NCBI GenBank assembly: GCA_965202805.1
Contig: OZ241869.1
Coordinates: 3,616,001-3,680,000 of the forward strand
DNA from: Longimicrobiales bacterium
GTDB taxonomy: Bacteria; Gemmatimonadota; Gemmatimonadetes; Longimicrobiales; Gaopeijiaceae
Direction of reading: 5' to 3'
DNA: 64,000 nt
The notes beneath the pieces were generated by a model. That model was given only the letters and a program-made list of their open reading frames with translations. It made no database searches and was not told the DNA's origin. Below, in pieces: positions 37,600-47,228 of this stretch (position 1 is the first letter of the stretch; each line of letters starts with the position of its first letter). The position numbers were made by a program, and so were the translations under genes.

Positions 37600-40059
37600 A
37601 TGACTCGGAACGGCATGCGCGGCCTGTTCATCCTGACGCTGGCCACGGGCATGCTGGCGGCTTCCCCGGGCGGAGCGTCGGCACAGTCGGATCCGGTCGT
37701 CATCCGCGCGGGAACCATTCACACCGTCACCAGGGGCACGATAGAGGACGGCGAAATCCTGATTCGCGACGGCGTCATCGAGGCGGTGGGTGCGTCGGTG
37801 GACGTGCCCGCCGATGCCCGCGTGTACGAGGCCGAAGTGGTGATTCCGGGGATGATCGACGCCCACACGCACGTGGCCCTCGACCGCTCCAGCCGCGCGC
37901 GCATCCCGGGACCGGTCACCGCCGAGTGGAAGGCGGTGGAGCACCTGGACCTGGAGAGCCCCATGCTCCAGGTGGCGCTCTCCGGAGGGATGACTTCGCT
38001 GGTCACGCGCTCGGGCAGCGGCGTCATCTCGAGCGGCCAGTCGGTGGCGCTCAAGATGAAGAGCACGCCGGGGCCGGAGATGATCTTCAAGCCCTATGTG
38101 GATCTGAAAATGGCCGTCCGGCCGCTCATCAACCTGCGCCCGGGGGAGACGCCGCAGACGGTGATGGGCTGGTACGCGACGGCGGACGACTACTTCCGGC
38201 GGGCTGAGGCCTACGTGGCGCAGCAGGATGCGCACGCGGCCGGAGGGGGACCGGCTCCCGAACGGGACGAGCGCCTGGAGGCCTTTGCGGCCGTGATCCG
38301 GGGTGAGGTCATGGTTCACGTCCACGCGCACTATCCCAGCGAGGTGATGATGGTGTTCCGCCTGGCGCGCAAGTACGGCTTCATCGACCGCCTCGCGCTG
38401 GCGCACGCGGAAGAGATCTTCCCGATCATCGAGCTGCTCGCCGGGACGAAGATCGTGCCCGTCATCGGTCCCATGATGATCGTCCAGTACTACAACGACC
38501 CGGAGCCGCTCAACCTGCTGAAGGAGCTGCTGGACGCCGGGGTGTACGCCAGCATTCAGACCGACATGGCGAACCAGCACCTCAGGGACTTCCGCGAATA
38601 CGGGGCGTTCCTGGCGCGCCACGGCCTCACCGACCAGCAGGCGCTGGAGGTGATGACCATCAACGGGGCGCGCGCGATGATGCTCCAGGACCGCGTGGGG
38701 AGCATCGAGGCGGGCAAGGATGCCGACCTGGTGCTGCTCGACGGGCACTTTCTGGACCTCGCCGCGGACCGGGTGGAGCGGGTGTTCGTGGACGGGGCGC
38801 TGGAGTACGAGCGTGGCCCGGTGCTCCAGCCCGAGCGGCCGCGCGAGGTCGGGCCCTTCACGCCGGTGACCGGCGCCATCACCCCCGGCGACGAGGCCTT
38901 CGCCATCACCGGGGCGCACGTGTTCACTGTGAGCGGCGGGGCGCTGGAGGACGCGACCCTGGTGGTCGAGGGCGGCCGGTTCACGCAGGTGGAGGCCGGG
39001 GCGGCCCCGCCCGCCGACGTCCCGGTCATGGATGTGGGGGGGCGGGTGGTCATGCCGGGCACCGTGATCGCGCGCGCCTTCGCCAACGACTGGATCGGCG
39101 ACCTCAAGTGGCAGGTGCAGAACGACGAGATTACCGCGCCGGTGGTTCCGGAGATGAACGCGCTCTACGCCGCCGATCCATGGTTCCCGTCGTACGGCGT
39201 GAACACGACCATCGGGGTGACGGCCATCCACGTCACGCCCGGGACCCGCAACCTGGTGGGCGGGAACGGGATGGTGGTCAAGACGCCCGGCCTCGACTTC
39301 GAGAAGATGGTGCGGCGCGAGCCGGCCAGCATGGTGTTCGCGCTGACGGCTTCGGCCTTGCGGGAGTGGTCGGACGAGTCGGGGGCGGCACTGACGCTCG
39401 AGAGCGCGTCGGCGATGATCCGTGAGACGCTGGATGGGGCGAGGGCCTACGCGGAGGCGGGCGAGTCGCGGGAATACGACGCGCGCATGGAGGCGCTGCT
39501 GCCGCTGCTCCGGCGGGAGGTGCCCGCGATGATCCACGCCGATCGGGTGGCCGAGATCGAGGAAGCGATGAGCATCGCGAGGGACTACGGCCTGCGGCTG
39601 GTGGTCACCGGCGGGGTCGAGGCGCACCGGCTGGCGGACCGGCTCGCGGCCGCCGGCGTCGGCGTCATCCTGGGCAACTCGGGGAGCTACGCGTCCGACA
39701 TCCGCGGGGGCGGCGAGGGCTGGAGCGTGGAAGGGCCGGCGATCCTGAACCGCGCGGGCGTGAAGGTGGCGTTCTACGGCCCGGGGGCGTCACGGCGCGC
39801 TTCACCCATCGGTCGCCTTGGCGGCGAGCCCATCCTCAACTCGGCGTGGGCCTTCCGCAACGGCGTGCCCGAGGTGGACGCGCTGCGGATGGCGACGCTG
39901 AACGCCGCCGAACTCCTCGACATCGACGACCGCATCGGCAGCATCGAAGTGGGCAAGGACGCCGACTTCGTCATCCTGGAGGGACATCCTTTCGATTATC
40001 GGGTGGTGCCGGGCTGGGTGTTTGTGGATGGCAGGCTCGAGGCGGGCGGGGCGCGGTAG
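37600..40059 (+). CDS. Exported amidohydrolase with two tandem amidohydrolase-like domains
   Basis: SD AAGGAGG; PGMIDAHTH; two GSIE.GKDAD motifs. Confidence 0.88.
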   Translation: MTRNGMRGLFILTLATGMLAASPGGASAQSDPVVIRAGTIHTVTRGTIEDGEILIRDGVIEAVGASVDVPADARVYEAEVVIPGMIDAHTHVALDRSSRARIPGPVTAEWKAVEHLDLESPMLQVALSGGMTSLVTRSGSGVISSGQSVALKMKSTPGPEMIFKPYVDLKMAVRPLINLRPGETPQTVMGWYATADDYFRRAEAYVAQQDAHAAGGGPAPERDERLEAFAAVIRGEVMVHVHAHYPSEVMMVFRLARKYGFIDRLALAHAEEIFPIIELLAGTKIVPVIGPMMIVQYYNDPEPLNLLKELLDAGVYASIQTDMANQHLRDFREYGAFLARHGLTDQQALEVMTINGARAMMLQDRVGSIEAGKDADLVLLDGHFLDLAADRVERVFVDGALEYERGPVLQPERPREVGPFTPVTGAITPGDEAFAITGAHVFTVSGGALEDATLVVEGGRFTQVEAGAAPPADVPVMDVGGRVVMPGTVIARAFANDWIGDLKWQVQNDEITAPVVPEMNALYAADPWFPSYGVNTTIGVTAIHVTPGTRNLVGGNGMVVKTPGLDFEKMVRREPASMVFALTASALREWSDESGAALTLESASAMIRETLDGARAYAEAGESREYDARMEALLPLLRREVPAMIHADRVAEIEEAMSIARDYGLRLVVTGGVEAHRLADRLAAAGVGVILGNSGSYASDIRGGGEGWSVEGPAILNRAGVKVAFYGPGASRRASPIGRLGGEPILNSAWAFRNGVPEVDALRMATLNAAELLDIDDRIGSIEVGKDADFVILEGHPFDYRVVPGWVFVDGRLEAGGAR

Positions 40060-40331
40060 TGGTGCGCCGAGGGACGCGGCGACTTGAGCAAGTCACGCTC
40101 CCGCGAAACGCCGACCGAGGCGCTTCGCCGCCCACGGACCAGGGCACCGCACCCGTCAGCGACCGAGGCACTTGACCGCGACCGAGTGTTGTGCAATGCT
40201 GTGACGCATGCGTCAGATAACGGTGCAACACATTCCGCCACGACCACCCGGATGCACGCTCCATGCGTCGCCCGGACGAGCTGCGAAGACGTTTCAGCTG
40301 AAACGCGCGAACCCCCGGTCCCGCGAATGCC

Positions 40332-40604
40332 ATGTCCCGAATCCACTTCGTCGTGAAGGAAACCGCCAAGATGGCGTACCAGGCCCAGGCCCGCCGGGAG
40401 GGCAAATCCCTGGGGGAGTGGCTGCGCGAGGCTGCCGACGAGAAGCTGGCGGCGGTGCGTCCGCGAAAGTTCACGGTCAAGGAGCTTCGCGAGTTCGCGG
40501 CCAGGTGCGATGCCCGCCATCCGCCCGGCGCGCGGGAGTTGGACTGGCCGGAGATCAAGAAGGTCCTGGTTGAGACCAGATACCCGGACTACGACATCAC
40601 ATGA
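40332..40604 (+). CDS. Putative antitoxin (ribbon-helix-helix-like)
   Basis: Short ORF with A.REGKSLGEWLREA, overlapping the start of a PIN toxin (ATGA). Confidence 0.75.
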   Translation: MSRIHFVVKETAKMAYQAQARREGKSLGEWLREAADEKLAAVRPRKFTVKELREFAARCDARHPPGARELDWPEIKKVLVETRYPDYDIT

Positions 40605-40990
40605 TCTTCGTCGACGCCAACGTCTTCATGTATTTCGTGGGCAGCGACCATCCCCTGCGGAAGGAAGCCAGGGAGTTCTTCATTCGGTCACGGGAACGGG
40701 ACAAACCTCTCGTCACGTCGGCCGAAGTGCTTCAGGAGCTCCTCCACCACTACCTGCGCCGCGACAGGCGACCGCTGCTCGACGCAGCTTTCGACCTGGT
40801 AGGTGCCACGGTAGACGAGGTCTGGTCGGTCGAGAAGGCCGATGTGGAGTTGGCGCGCAACCTGTCGGCTCGGCACCGTGGCCTGGAGGCCCGCGACCTG
40901 GTGCACCTGGCCTGCTGTATCCGGCGAGAGCCGCGCAAACTGATGACGTTCGACCGGGGGTTGGCGGCGGCGTGGCGGAGTCGGGGCTAG
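40601..40990 (+). CDS. vapC: VapC/PIN-domain toxin
   Basis: MIFVDANVF, TSAEVLQE, L.ARD..H, TFD acidic PIN residues. Confidence 0.9.
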   Translation: MIFVDANVFMYFVGSDHPLRKEAREFFIRSRERDKPLVTSAEVLQELLHHYLRRDRRPLLDAAFDLVGATVDEVWSVEKADVELARNLSARHRGLEARDLVHLACCIRREPRKLMTFDRGLAAAWRSRG

Positions 40991-41027
40991 CGGAAGTCGC
41001 TGGCCGGTCCGTCGTGGTCTGTTGATG

Positions 41028-41051
41028 CTACTGAGTATTCATACTCAATAG
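41028..41051. promoter_or_regulatory. AT-rich near-perfect palindrome (putative operator)
   Basis: CTACTGAGTAT-TC-ATACTCAATAG. Confidence 0.55.
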
Positions 41052-41244
41052 GGTATCGGGACCGGGACGACGCTCATCGAGGTGCCGTGCGGGCGCGCGT
41101 GACACCGGTGCTCGCCCGGGCGTACTTGTCGCCGGGCTCCGGGATGTCTACCGTCTCTTATCCATCGTCAGGAGTCGGCGCGAGTTGTTCTCGTTCCGAC
41201 CGCCGCCGACCCATCACTGACCGCACTCGCCCGGAGGCCAAACG

Positions 41245-42282
41245 ATGACTGGATGGACGCGCGCAACGATCGCTTCTGGAATCTTCACCGCTGCGGCTCT
41301 CACCGTCGCGGTTTCGTCACTTCAGGCCCAGTCGCAGACGACCAACCCCTTCCGGCCCGTCTACGGGTGGGGCGAACTCCCGGAGGGAAGGGAATGGGGC
41401 TCAACGAGCGCGGTGGAGATCGCGCTGGACGGAAACATCTGGGTCGCGGAGCGGTGCGGCGCGAACACCTGCGTGGGTTCGGATGTCGATCCCATCCTCC
41501 TCTTCGACAAGGAGGGGAACCTGCTGCGGAGCTTCGGCGGCGGGATGATCGCTTGGCCGCACGGGATCGACGTGGACCATGAGGGCAACGTCTGGGTGAC
41601 CGACGCGTGGCGGAACGGCGCGACCACGACCGGGCATACTGTGCTGAAGTTCTCCCCCGAGGGCGAGTTGCTCATGACGCTGGGTACGCCCGGAGAAGCC
41701 GGCGACCCGCCCACCCACTTCACCCAGCCGTCGGACGTGGTGGTGGCCCCCAACGGACAGATCTACGTGGCCGACGCGCACGACCGCACCCGGGGGCGGA
41801 TCGTCCGCTTCGCGGCCGACGGCACGTACATGGAGACCTGGGGCGAACTCGGCTACGGGCCGAAGCAGTTTCGCGATCCGCACGCGCTGGCGATGGACTC
41901 GCAGGGCCGCATCTTCGTGGGCGACCGCTACAACAACCGCATCCAGCTGTTCGACCAGGAGGGCAACTTCCTGGCGATCTGGACGCAGTTCGGCCGGCCC
42001 AGCGGGCTCTACATCGACGCCGACGACAACATCTACGTGGCCGACTCCGAGTCGAGCCCGGCGCCCAACGAGTTCACCGGGCAACGCAACGCGGGCTGGG
42101 AGAAAGGCATCCGCATCGGCGACGCGAACCAGGGATGGGTGCACTTCTTCCTGCCGGACGACATCACCAACGTGATGGGGTTCAGCGGGCCGGAGGGTGT
42201 CGCGGTGGACGACGAGGGCAACGTGTATGGCGCGGAGGTGAGCCAGCGCCGTATCACCAAGTGGATCCGGTTCCGGCCGTAA
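41245..42282 (+). CDS. Exported NHL-repeat beta-propeller (PAL-like family)
   Basis: Repeated P.GI.VD.EGNVWV.D, PHALAMDSQGRIFVGDR.NNRIQ; signal peptide; SD GGAGG. Confidence 0.9.
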   Translation: MTGWTRATIASGIFTAAALTVAVSSLQAQSQTTNPFRPVYGWGELPEGREWGSTSAVEIALDGNIWVAERCGANTCVGSDVDPILLFDKEGNLLRSFGGGMIAWPHGIDVDHEGNVWVTDAWRNGATTTGHTVLKFSPEGELLMTLGTPGEAGDPPTHFTQPSDVVVAPNGQIYVADAHDRTRGRIVRFAADGTYMETWGELGYGPKQFRDPHALAMDSQGRIFVGDRYNNRIQLFDQEGNFLAIWTQFGRPSGLYIDADDNIYVADSESSPAPNEFTGQRNAGWEKGIRIGDANQGWVHFFLPDDITNVMGFSGPEGVAVDDEGNVYGAEVSQRRITKWIRFRP

Positions 42283-42300
42283 CCCCGGCCCTCAACGCGA

Positions 42301-42338
42301 AAGGCCCCGTCCCGCTCCTCCTCGCGGGACGGGGCCTT
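42301..42338. terminator. Hairpin between convergent genes (probable bidirectional terminator)
   Basis: 15-bp perfect stem AAGGCCCCGTCCCGC / GCGGGACGGGGCCTT. Confidence 0.75.
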
Positions 42339-42360
42339 CGTCTGTGAACCTGCGTCGGCC

Positions 42361-43347
42361 TCAGGCGCTCCGCACCGCGCGCGCCACCAGATTCCTCACC
42401 AGCGGGATCTTGAAGTGATTGTAGTTGAGCGGCCTGGCGCCCTGCGTCGCCAGTTCGCCCGCCTCGGCGGCCGTGGTCTCGTTCGGCACCCGCCCTCGAA
42501 TCAGGTCCTCGACATCGGTAAGGCGCCGGGGGATGCACTCGACCGCGCCCAGGACGATGCGCGAGTCTTCGACGCGGCCGTCCGCCACCGTGAACGCGGC
42601 GGCGACGTTCACGAGCGGGAAGTCCCAGGTCTTGCGGTCCGACACCTTCTCGAAGTGGAAGCCGGCGCCCGCCCAGCGGGCCGGGATGCGCACCGCGGTG
42701 AGCAGGTCGTCGGGATCGAGCACGGTCATGCGGGTGATGTCCACGCCCGGTCCCATGAAGAACTCTCCCGCCGGGATCACCCGCTCCCCGCGGGTGTTGC
42801 GCACCACCATCTCCGCGTCCAGCGCCACCAGCGCCGGGGCCGAGTCGGACGGGGTGACCGCCACGCAGCGGTCGGCGCCGAAGAGGGCGTGCTCGCGGTT
42901 CATGCCCTCCGGCGTGCCGGCGTAACAGATGTTTCCGCCCGCCCGGTAACAGGGCATGCCGTAGCGGTAGTACCAGCAGCGGGTGTCCTGGCAGATGTTG
43001 CCGCCGAGCGTGCCGGCGTTCCGGATCTGGGGGCTGGCCACCACGCTCACCGCCTCGGCCAGCAGACCGTAGCGGGCGCGCACGAGCGGGTCGTTCTCGA
43101 TGTCCGTGAGGCTGGTCATGGCGCCGATCTCGATGCCGTCGCCGGCCTCGCGCACGCCCCTCAGTTCGTCGAGCCCCTCCAGGTCGACCACCACGGAGGG
43201 CTGCTTGCCCCGGTTCTTGAACCAGTCGAAGCTGTCGTAGCCGCCGGCGAGCGCCCAGGCGTCGCCGCCGTGCTCCCGCAGCAGATCCAGCGCCGACTCC
43301 AGGTCGGCGGGCTGAACCAGATCGAAGTGGGGCATCATGTCCTTCAT
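42361..43347 (-). CDS. Xanthine dehydrogenase-family FAD subunit with [4Fe-4S] insert (PaoB/YagS-like)
   Basis: ASPQIRNAGTLGGNICQDTRCWYYR...C...GG..C, PSDSAPALVAL. Confidence 0.9.
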   Translation of the reverse strand: MKDMMPHFDLVQPADLESALDLLREHGGDAWALAGGYDSFDWFKNRGKQPSVVVDLEGLDELRGVREAGDGIEIGAMTSLTDIENDPLVRARYGLLAEAVSVVASPQIRNAGTLGGNICQDTRCWYYRYGMPCYRAGGNICYAGTPEGMNREHALFGADRCVAVTPSDSAPALVALDAEMVVRNTRGERVIPAGEFFMGPGVDITRMTVLDPDDLLTAVRIPARWAGAGFHFEKVSDRKTWDFPLVNVAAAFTVADGRVEDSRIVLGAVECIPRRLTDVEDLIRGRVPNETTAAEAGELATQGARPLNYNHFKIPLVRNLVARAVRSA

Positions 43348-43357
43348 GGCCGCCTCC

Positions 43358-45757
43358 TCACTGTGTGTTGACCTGCAGCGGCCGGTGCGACGGGGCCTGC
43401 CGGGCCACGGCGTTCACGATCATGTCCGGGACGACCGGGATGCGGTTGAAGTAGTGTCCGCCGAGCGCATCCGAAATCGCGCACAGGAGGGCCGCCCCCG
43501 AGCATCCCATGAGGGGTTCGCCCACCCCCTTTGCGCCCACCGGGTTCTGCGGGTCGGTGATGTCGGTGGCGTCCCAGTCCATCCGCGAGGGCACGTCCAG
43601 GTAGGACGGCGGCTTGGCCTGGTGGAAGCCGATGTTGCCCGCCACCCCGTAGCGCGTGTCGTAGACGTGGCGCTCGAGGCAGGCCATGCCGAACCCCATC
43701 ACCGCGCCGCCTCTCACCTGGGCCGCCAGCCCCATGGGATGCACCACCGTGCCGCAGTCGGCCACCCCCAGGTAGTCGATGATCTCGTACATGCCGGTCT
43801 CGAGATCCAGCTCGATCTCGATGAAGCCGGCGGCGAGCGCGGGCACGACGTCGTTGCGGGGGAGGTTGTCGCGCGCAACGCCGATCAGGCCGCTCCCCGC
43901 CAGGTTCTGCACCGCGCGCCGGGTGATGTCGTCGATGTCGTCCGGGACCTCCTCGCCGCTGTAGCGCCCGCCCAGCTCAATGGCCCGAGCCGCGGCCCGG
44001 GCGTGGGTGATGCGGCGCGAGGGGTTGGCGCGCGCGAACGTCACCTCGTCCCCGATTTCGTAGTCCTCGGGCGCACCGCCCAACTCCATGGCCGCGATCG
44101 CCTTCAGCTTCTCCACCGCGTCCACGCCCGCCGCCCAGCCGGCGCGGGTCATGGTGAAGGTCGTGTTGCTGCCGACCTGCGCGCTGCTCGCAGCGAGGTT
44201 GCGCGAGGTGTCGCCGCGCACGAGCTCGACGCTTTCCCACTCATAGCCCAGCATCTCGGCGGCGACGCGCGAGGTGGCGGCGTAGGAATAGGTGCCGAGG
44301 TTCCCGACCCCGGTGTGGATGTGCAGCCTGCCGTCCGGCGCGATGCGGAGCAGCCCGTCCCGGCCGCTCTGGCCCGCCCCGTGGTAGGCCTGGCCGATGC
44401 CGACGCCGGTTACGCGCGATCCGTTGCGCTGGCCGCTGCGCGCGCGCCGCTCCTCCCATCCGAAGCGCTCGGCGCCCTGGGCGAGCGCTTCGCGCAGATG
44501 GGCACTGGTGACGGGCACCTGGCCCCCGCCGTAGAGCGAGTTCGAGTCGGGCGCGTTGATGCCGCGGATGTTCAGCTGATCGATGCCCAGTTGCGCCGCG
44601 GCCTTGTCGAGCAGGGGCTCCACCGCGCACGCGATCTGGTTCTGGCCCGGGCCCCTTTGCGCCCCGCGCGCCGGGGTGTTGGTGAGGACCGGGATGCCGC
44701 GGAAGCGCATCGCCAGCGGCGTGTAGACGATGGTGACGGCGCCGGCGGCGCTGTTGAAGTCGCCGAAGCCGCTGTTGGGCCCGTTTTCCTGCACGATGAA
44801 GAGGTCGATCGCGCTGATCCGGCCGTCGCGCCGGAAGCCCATGCGGATGCGGCCCTGGAACCCGGCCCGCGCGGAACCGATGGCATACTCCTCGGCGCGG
44901 CTGATGCGCATCATCACGGGCCGGCCCGTCTTGCGCGACATGTGCGCCGGCACCGACATGATCGGGTAGGCGCTGCCCTTCGACCCGAATCCGCCGCCGC
45001 AGTACTCGCCCACGAACACCAGGTCCTCGGGCGGGATGCCGATGTAGCGCGCCAGCCCGTTGAGCGTCGCGCTCTGGCTCTGGCTGGAGCCGAAGACGTG
45101 GCACTTGCCGTTCTGCCAGTAGGCCATCGCCGTGCGCGGCTCCATCGAGTGGTGCGAGGTGCCCGCGGTGACGAAGGTTTCGTCGAGCACCAGCGCCGCG
45201 TCGCGGAAGCCGGCTTCGACATCCCCGTAGGACCACTCCGTGGTGACCTCGCCCATGGGCAGTTCGCCCCCCGAGGCGGCGGCGAAGTCCTCCTCGGTCC
45301 ACTTCACCTCCCGGATTCCCTCGCCCCGCTGCGAGGTGTTGCCCTCGGTGCGCGCGTTGGGGCCGCCGGGGCGCAGACTCTCGAGCGGATCCACCACGAA
45401 CGGCAGCGGCTGGAGGTCAAGCTTGACCTTCGCGATGGCGTCCTGTGCGGTGGTCTCGTCCACGGCGGCCAGCGCCGCGATCGGCTCGCCCACGAAGTGC
45501 GGGGTGTTGGTGAGGATGGGGTTGCCGGGCGCCTCGATCTCCGGCACTTCGTCGGCGGTCAGGATGGCGACCACACCCTCCATCGCCAGTGCCTCCGACG
45601 CGTCGATTACGCGCACCTGGGCGTGGGGCATCGGGCTCGTGATGAGCCGGCAGAAGAGCATGCCGTCGGCGCGGAAGTCTTCCGCGTAGCGGGCTCTGCC
45701 GGTGACCTTGCTTATGACATCCGGGGGCGCGAAGTCCCTGCCGACGAGTTCAGCCAT
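43358..45757 (-). CDS. Xanthine dehydrogenase-family molybdopterin subunit (PaoC/YagR-like)
   Basis: KVTGRARYAED, MEPR, GGGFGSK, GAKGVGEP (catalytic Glu). Confidence 0.92.
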   Translation of the reverse strand: MAELVGRDFAPPDVISKVTGRARYAEDFRADGMLFCRLITSPMPHAQVRVIDASEALAMEGVVAILTADEVPEIEAPGNPILTNTPHFVGEPIAALAAVDETTAQDAIAKVKLDLQPLPFVVDPLESLRPGGPNARTEGNTSQRGEGIREVKWTEEDFAAASGGELPMGEVTTEWSYGDVEAGFRDAALVLDETFVTAGTSHHSMEPRTAMAYWQNGKCHVFGSSQSQSATLNGLARYIGIPPEDLVFVGEYCGGGFGSKGSAYPIMSVPAHMSRKTGRPVMMRISRAEEYAIGSARAGFQGRIRMGFRRDGRISAIDLFIVQENGPNSGFGDFNSAAGAVTIVYTPLAMRFRGIPVLTNTPARGAQRGPGQNQIACAVEPLLDKAAAQLGIDQLNIRGINAPDSNSLYGGGQVPVTSAHLREALAQGAERFGWEERRARSGQRNGSRVTGVGIGQAYHGAGQSGRDGLLRIAPDGRLHIHTGVGNLGTYSYAATSRVAAEMLGYEWESVELVRGDTSRNLAASSAQVGSNTTFTMTRAGWAAGVDAVEKLKAIAAMELGGAPEDYEIGDEVTFARANPSRRITHARAAARAIELGGRYSGEEVPDDIDDITRRAVQNLAGSGLIGVARDNLPRNDVVPALAAGFIEIELDLETGMYEIIDYLGVADCGTVVHPMGLAAQVRGGAVMGFGMACLERHVYDTRYGVAGNIGFHQAKPPSYLDVPSRMDWDATDITDPQNPVGAKGVGEPLMGCSGAALLCAISDALGGHYFNRIPVVPDMIVNAVARQAPSHRPLQVNTQ

Positions 45758-46457
45758 TGGACGCCTCCTCCGCGACCGCCTGCCCGTTTGCCGCGGCGCG
45801 CATGACTCCGTTCAGGTAGTGGTCGTAGGCCCCGCACCGGCAGAGATTGCCGGACATCGCCCGGCGCGCCTCCTCCCGGGTCGGACTCGGGTTGGCCTGC
45901 AGCAGGGCGGCGGCCGCCATGACCTGCCCGGGGGTGCAGAAGCCGCACTGGGGACCCAGCTCGTCGATGAAGGCCTGCTGCACCGGATGCAGCGTGCCGT
46001 CCGGGCTCTCGAGGCCCTCCACCGTCACGACCTCCCTCTCGCGCACCCGCTGCGTGAGCGTCGAGCACGAGTAGTGGGCGACGCCGTCGATCGTGACGGT
46101 GCAGGCGCCGCACTCCGCGCGGTCGCAACCGAGCTTGGTTCCGGTCAGCCCCAGCTTGTAGCGGAGCGTCATCGCCAGCGTCTCCTGCGGCAGCACGTCG
46201 ACCCGCCGGGTCTGTCCGTTCACGTTGATGGAGACCAGCCGCGGGACGCTGGCGCGCGCCGACGTCGCCGCCGGACCCGCGAAGTACGCGAACGCCGACA
46301 CCGAGGCGCCGGTGGCGATGACCCCCTTGATGAACTGGCGGCGAGAGACGTTGCTCCGTCCGGGGAGGTTCGCCAGCAGGCCCTCCCAGGGGGCATCTCC
46401 GGCCGGCGGCGCGCCGGAGTCGGGGTTCTCAACGATGGCGTGCGAGCGCTCGGCCAT
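45750..46457 (-). CDS. 2x[2Fe-2S] subunit with twin-arginine signal (PaoA/YagT-like)
   Basis: SRRQFIK Tat motif; GCDRAECGACT..C; QCGFCTPG; GNLCRC. Confidence 0.92.
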   Translation of the reverse strand: MAERSHAIVENPDSGAPPAGDAPWEGLLANLPGRSNVSRRQFIKGVIATGASVSAFAYFAGPAATSARASVPRLVSINVNGQTRRVDVLPQETLAMTLRYKLGLTGTKLGCDRAECGACTVTIDGVAHYSCSTLTQRVREREVVTVEGLESPDGTLHPVQQAFIDELGPQCGFCTPGQVMAAAALLQANPSPTREEARRAMSGNLCRCGAYDHYLNGVMRAAANGQAVAEEASNG

Positions 46458-46653
46458 GTGTCCTCCCTTCCTGCCGGGGTCCATGGTGGGATGTGCTGCC
46501 CGAGGTGTTCCGATTGGTTGATCGTACGCTGGCGCGGGAGTCGGGACAACCGCAGTTTCCTCCCGCACCCGGCGGTCGAATCGGGTCAATCCACGATTCC
46601 GGCGCCCGCAATCGCATCACGCCACAGCGCAGGGAAACGAGAGGCCCGGACCG

Positions 46654-47148
46654 ATGAGCAGGATTGCCGAGACCATCGAGGTTTTCGAAGCCGCCCGCCA
46701 GCCCCTTTTCACGGTGCTGGACGGCATCACCAGGGAGGATCTGGACTGGAGCCCGAGCGAGAAGGTGCGGGGCGTCGGCAAGATCTGCCGGCACCTCTAC
46801 CGGGTCGATATCTGGTTCCTCAAGCGCCTGGGGATCGTCCCCGTGATCACGGAGGACCGTCCCGGACCGGCGGAAGAGATCGCTGCCCGCATGCGCACGA
46901 TCCAGGAGCAGATCATCGCCGAGGTCAAGGCGTGCGAGAGCGACGCGGACCTGTTTGCCGAGCGCACCTCCCTCGATGGCAGGACGACCTCGCAGCTCGG
47001 TCCCGACGTGATCCACATGGCGCAGCACTACTTGTACCACCTGGCCCAGATCACCTACCTGCGCCGCGTCCGGGATCGCGCGTGGCCGGCTCCGCAGGAG
47101 GGGTGGGAGCACGCGACGCACGTGATCGGGGATCTGGTGCTGGAGTAG
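46654..47148 (+). CDS. DinB/YfiT superfamily protein
   Basis: His triad pattern: ICRHL...D, HMAQH..YHLAQI. Confidence 0.8.
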   Translation: MSRIAETIEVFEAARQPLFTVLDGITREDLDWSPSEKVRGVGKICRHLYRVDIWFLKRLGIVPVITEDRPGPAEEIAARMRTIQEQIIAEVKACESDADLFAERTSLDGRTTSQLGPDVIHMAQHYLYHLAQITYLRRVRDRAWPAPQEGWEHATHVIGDLVLE

Positions 47149-47228
47149 GGAATGTCTGCTGACGCTCGCGACCGAAGCGGCCCGGTGAGGATTGTCCGGG
47201 CCCGCTGGGCTCCGTCAGGCCGGTCGGC

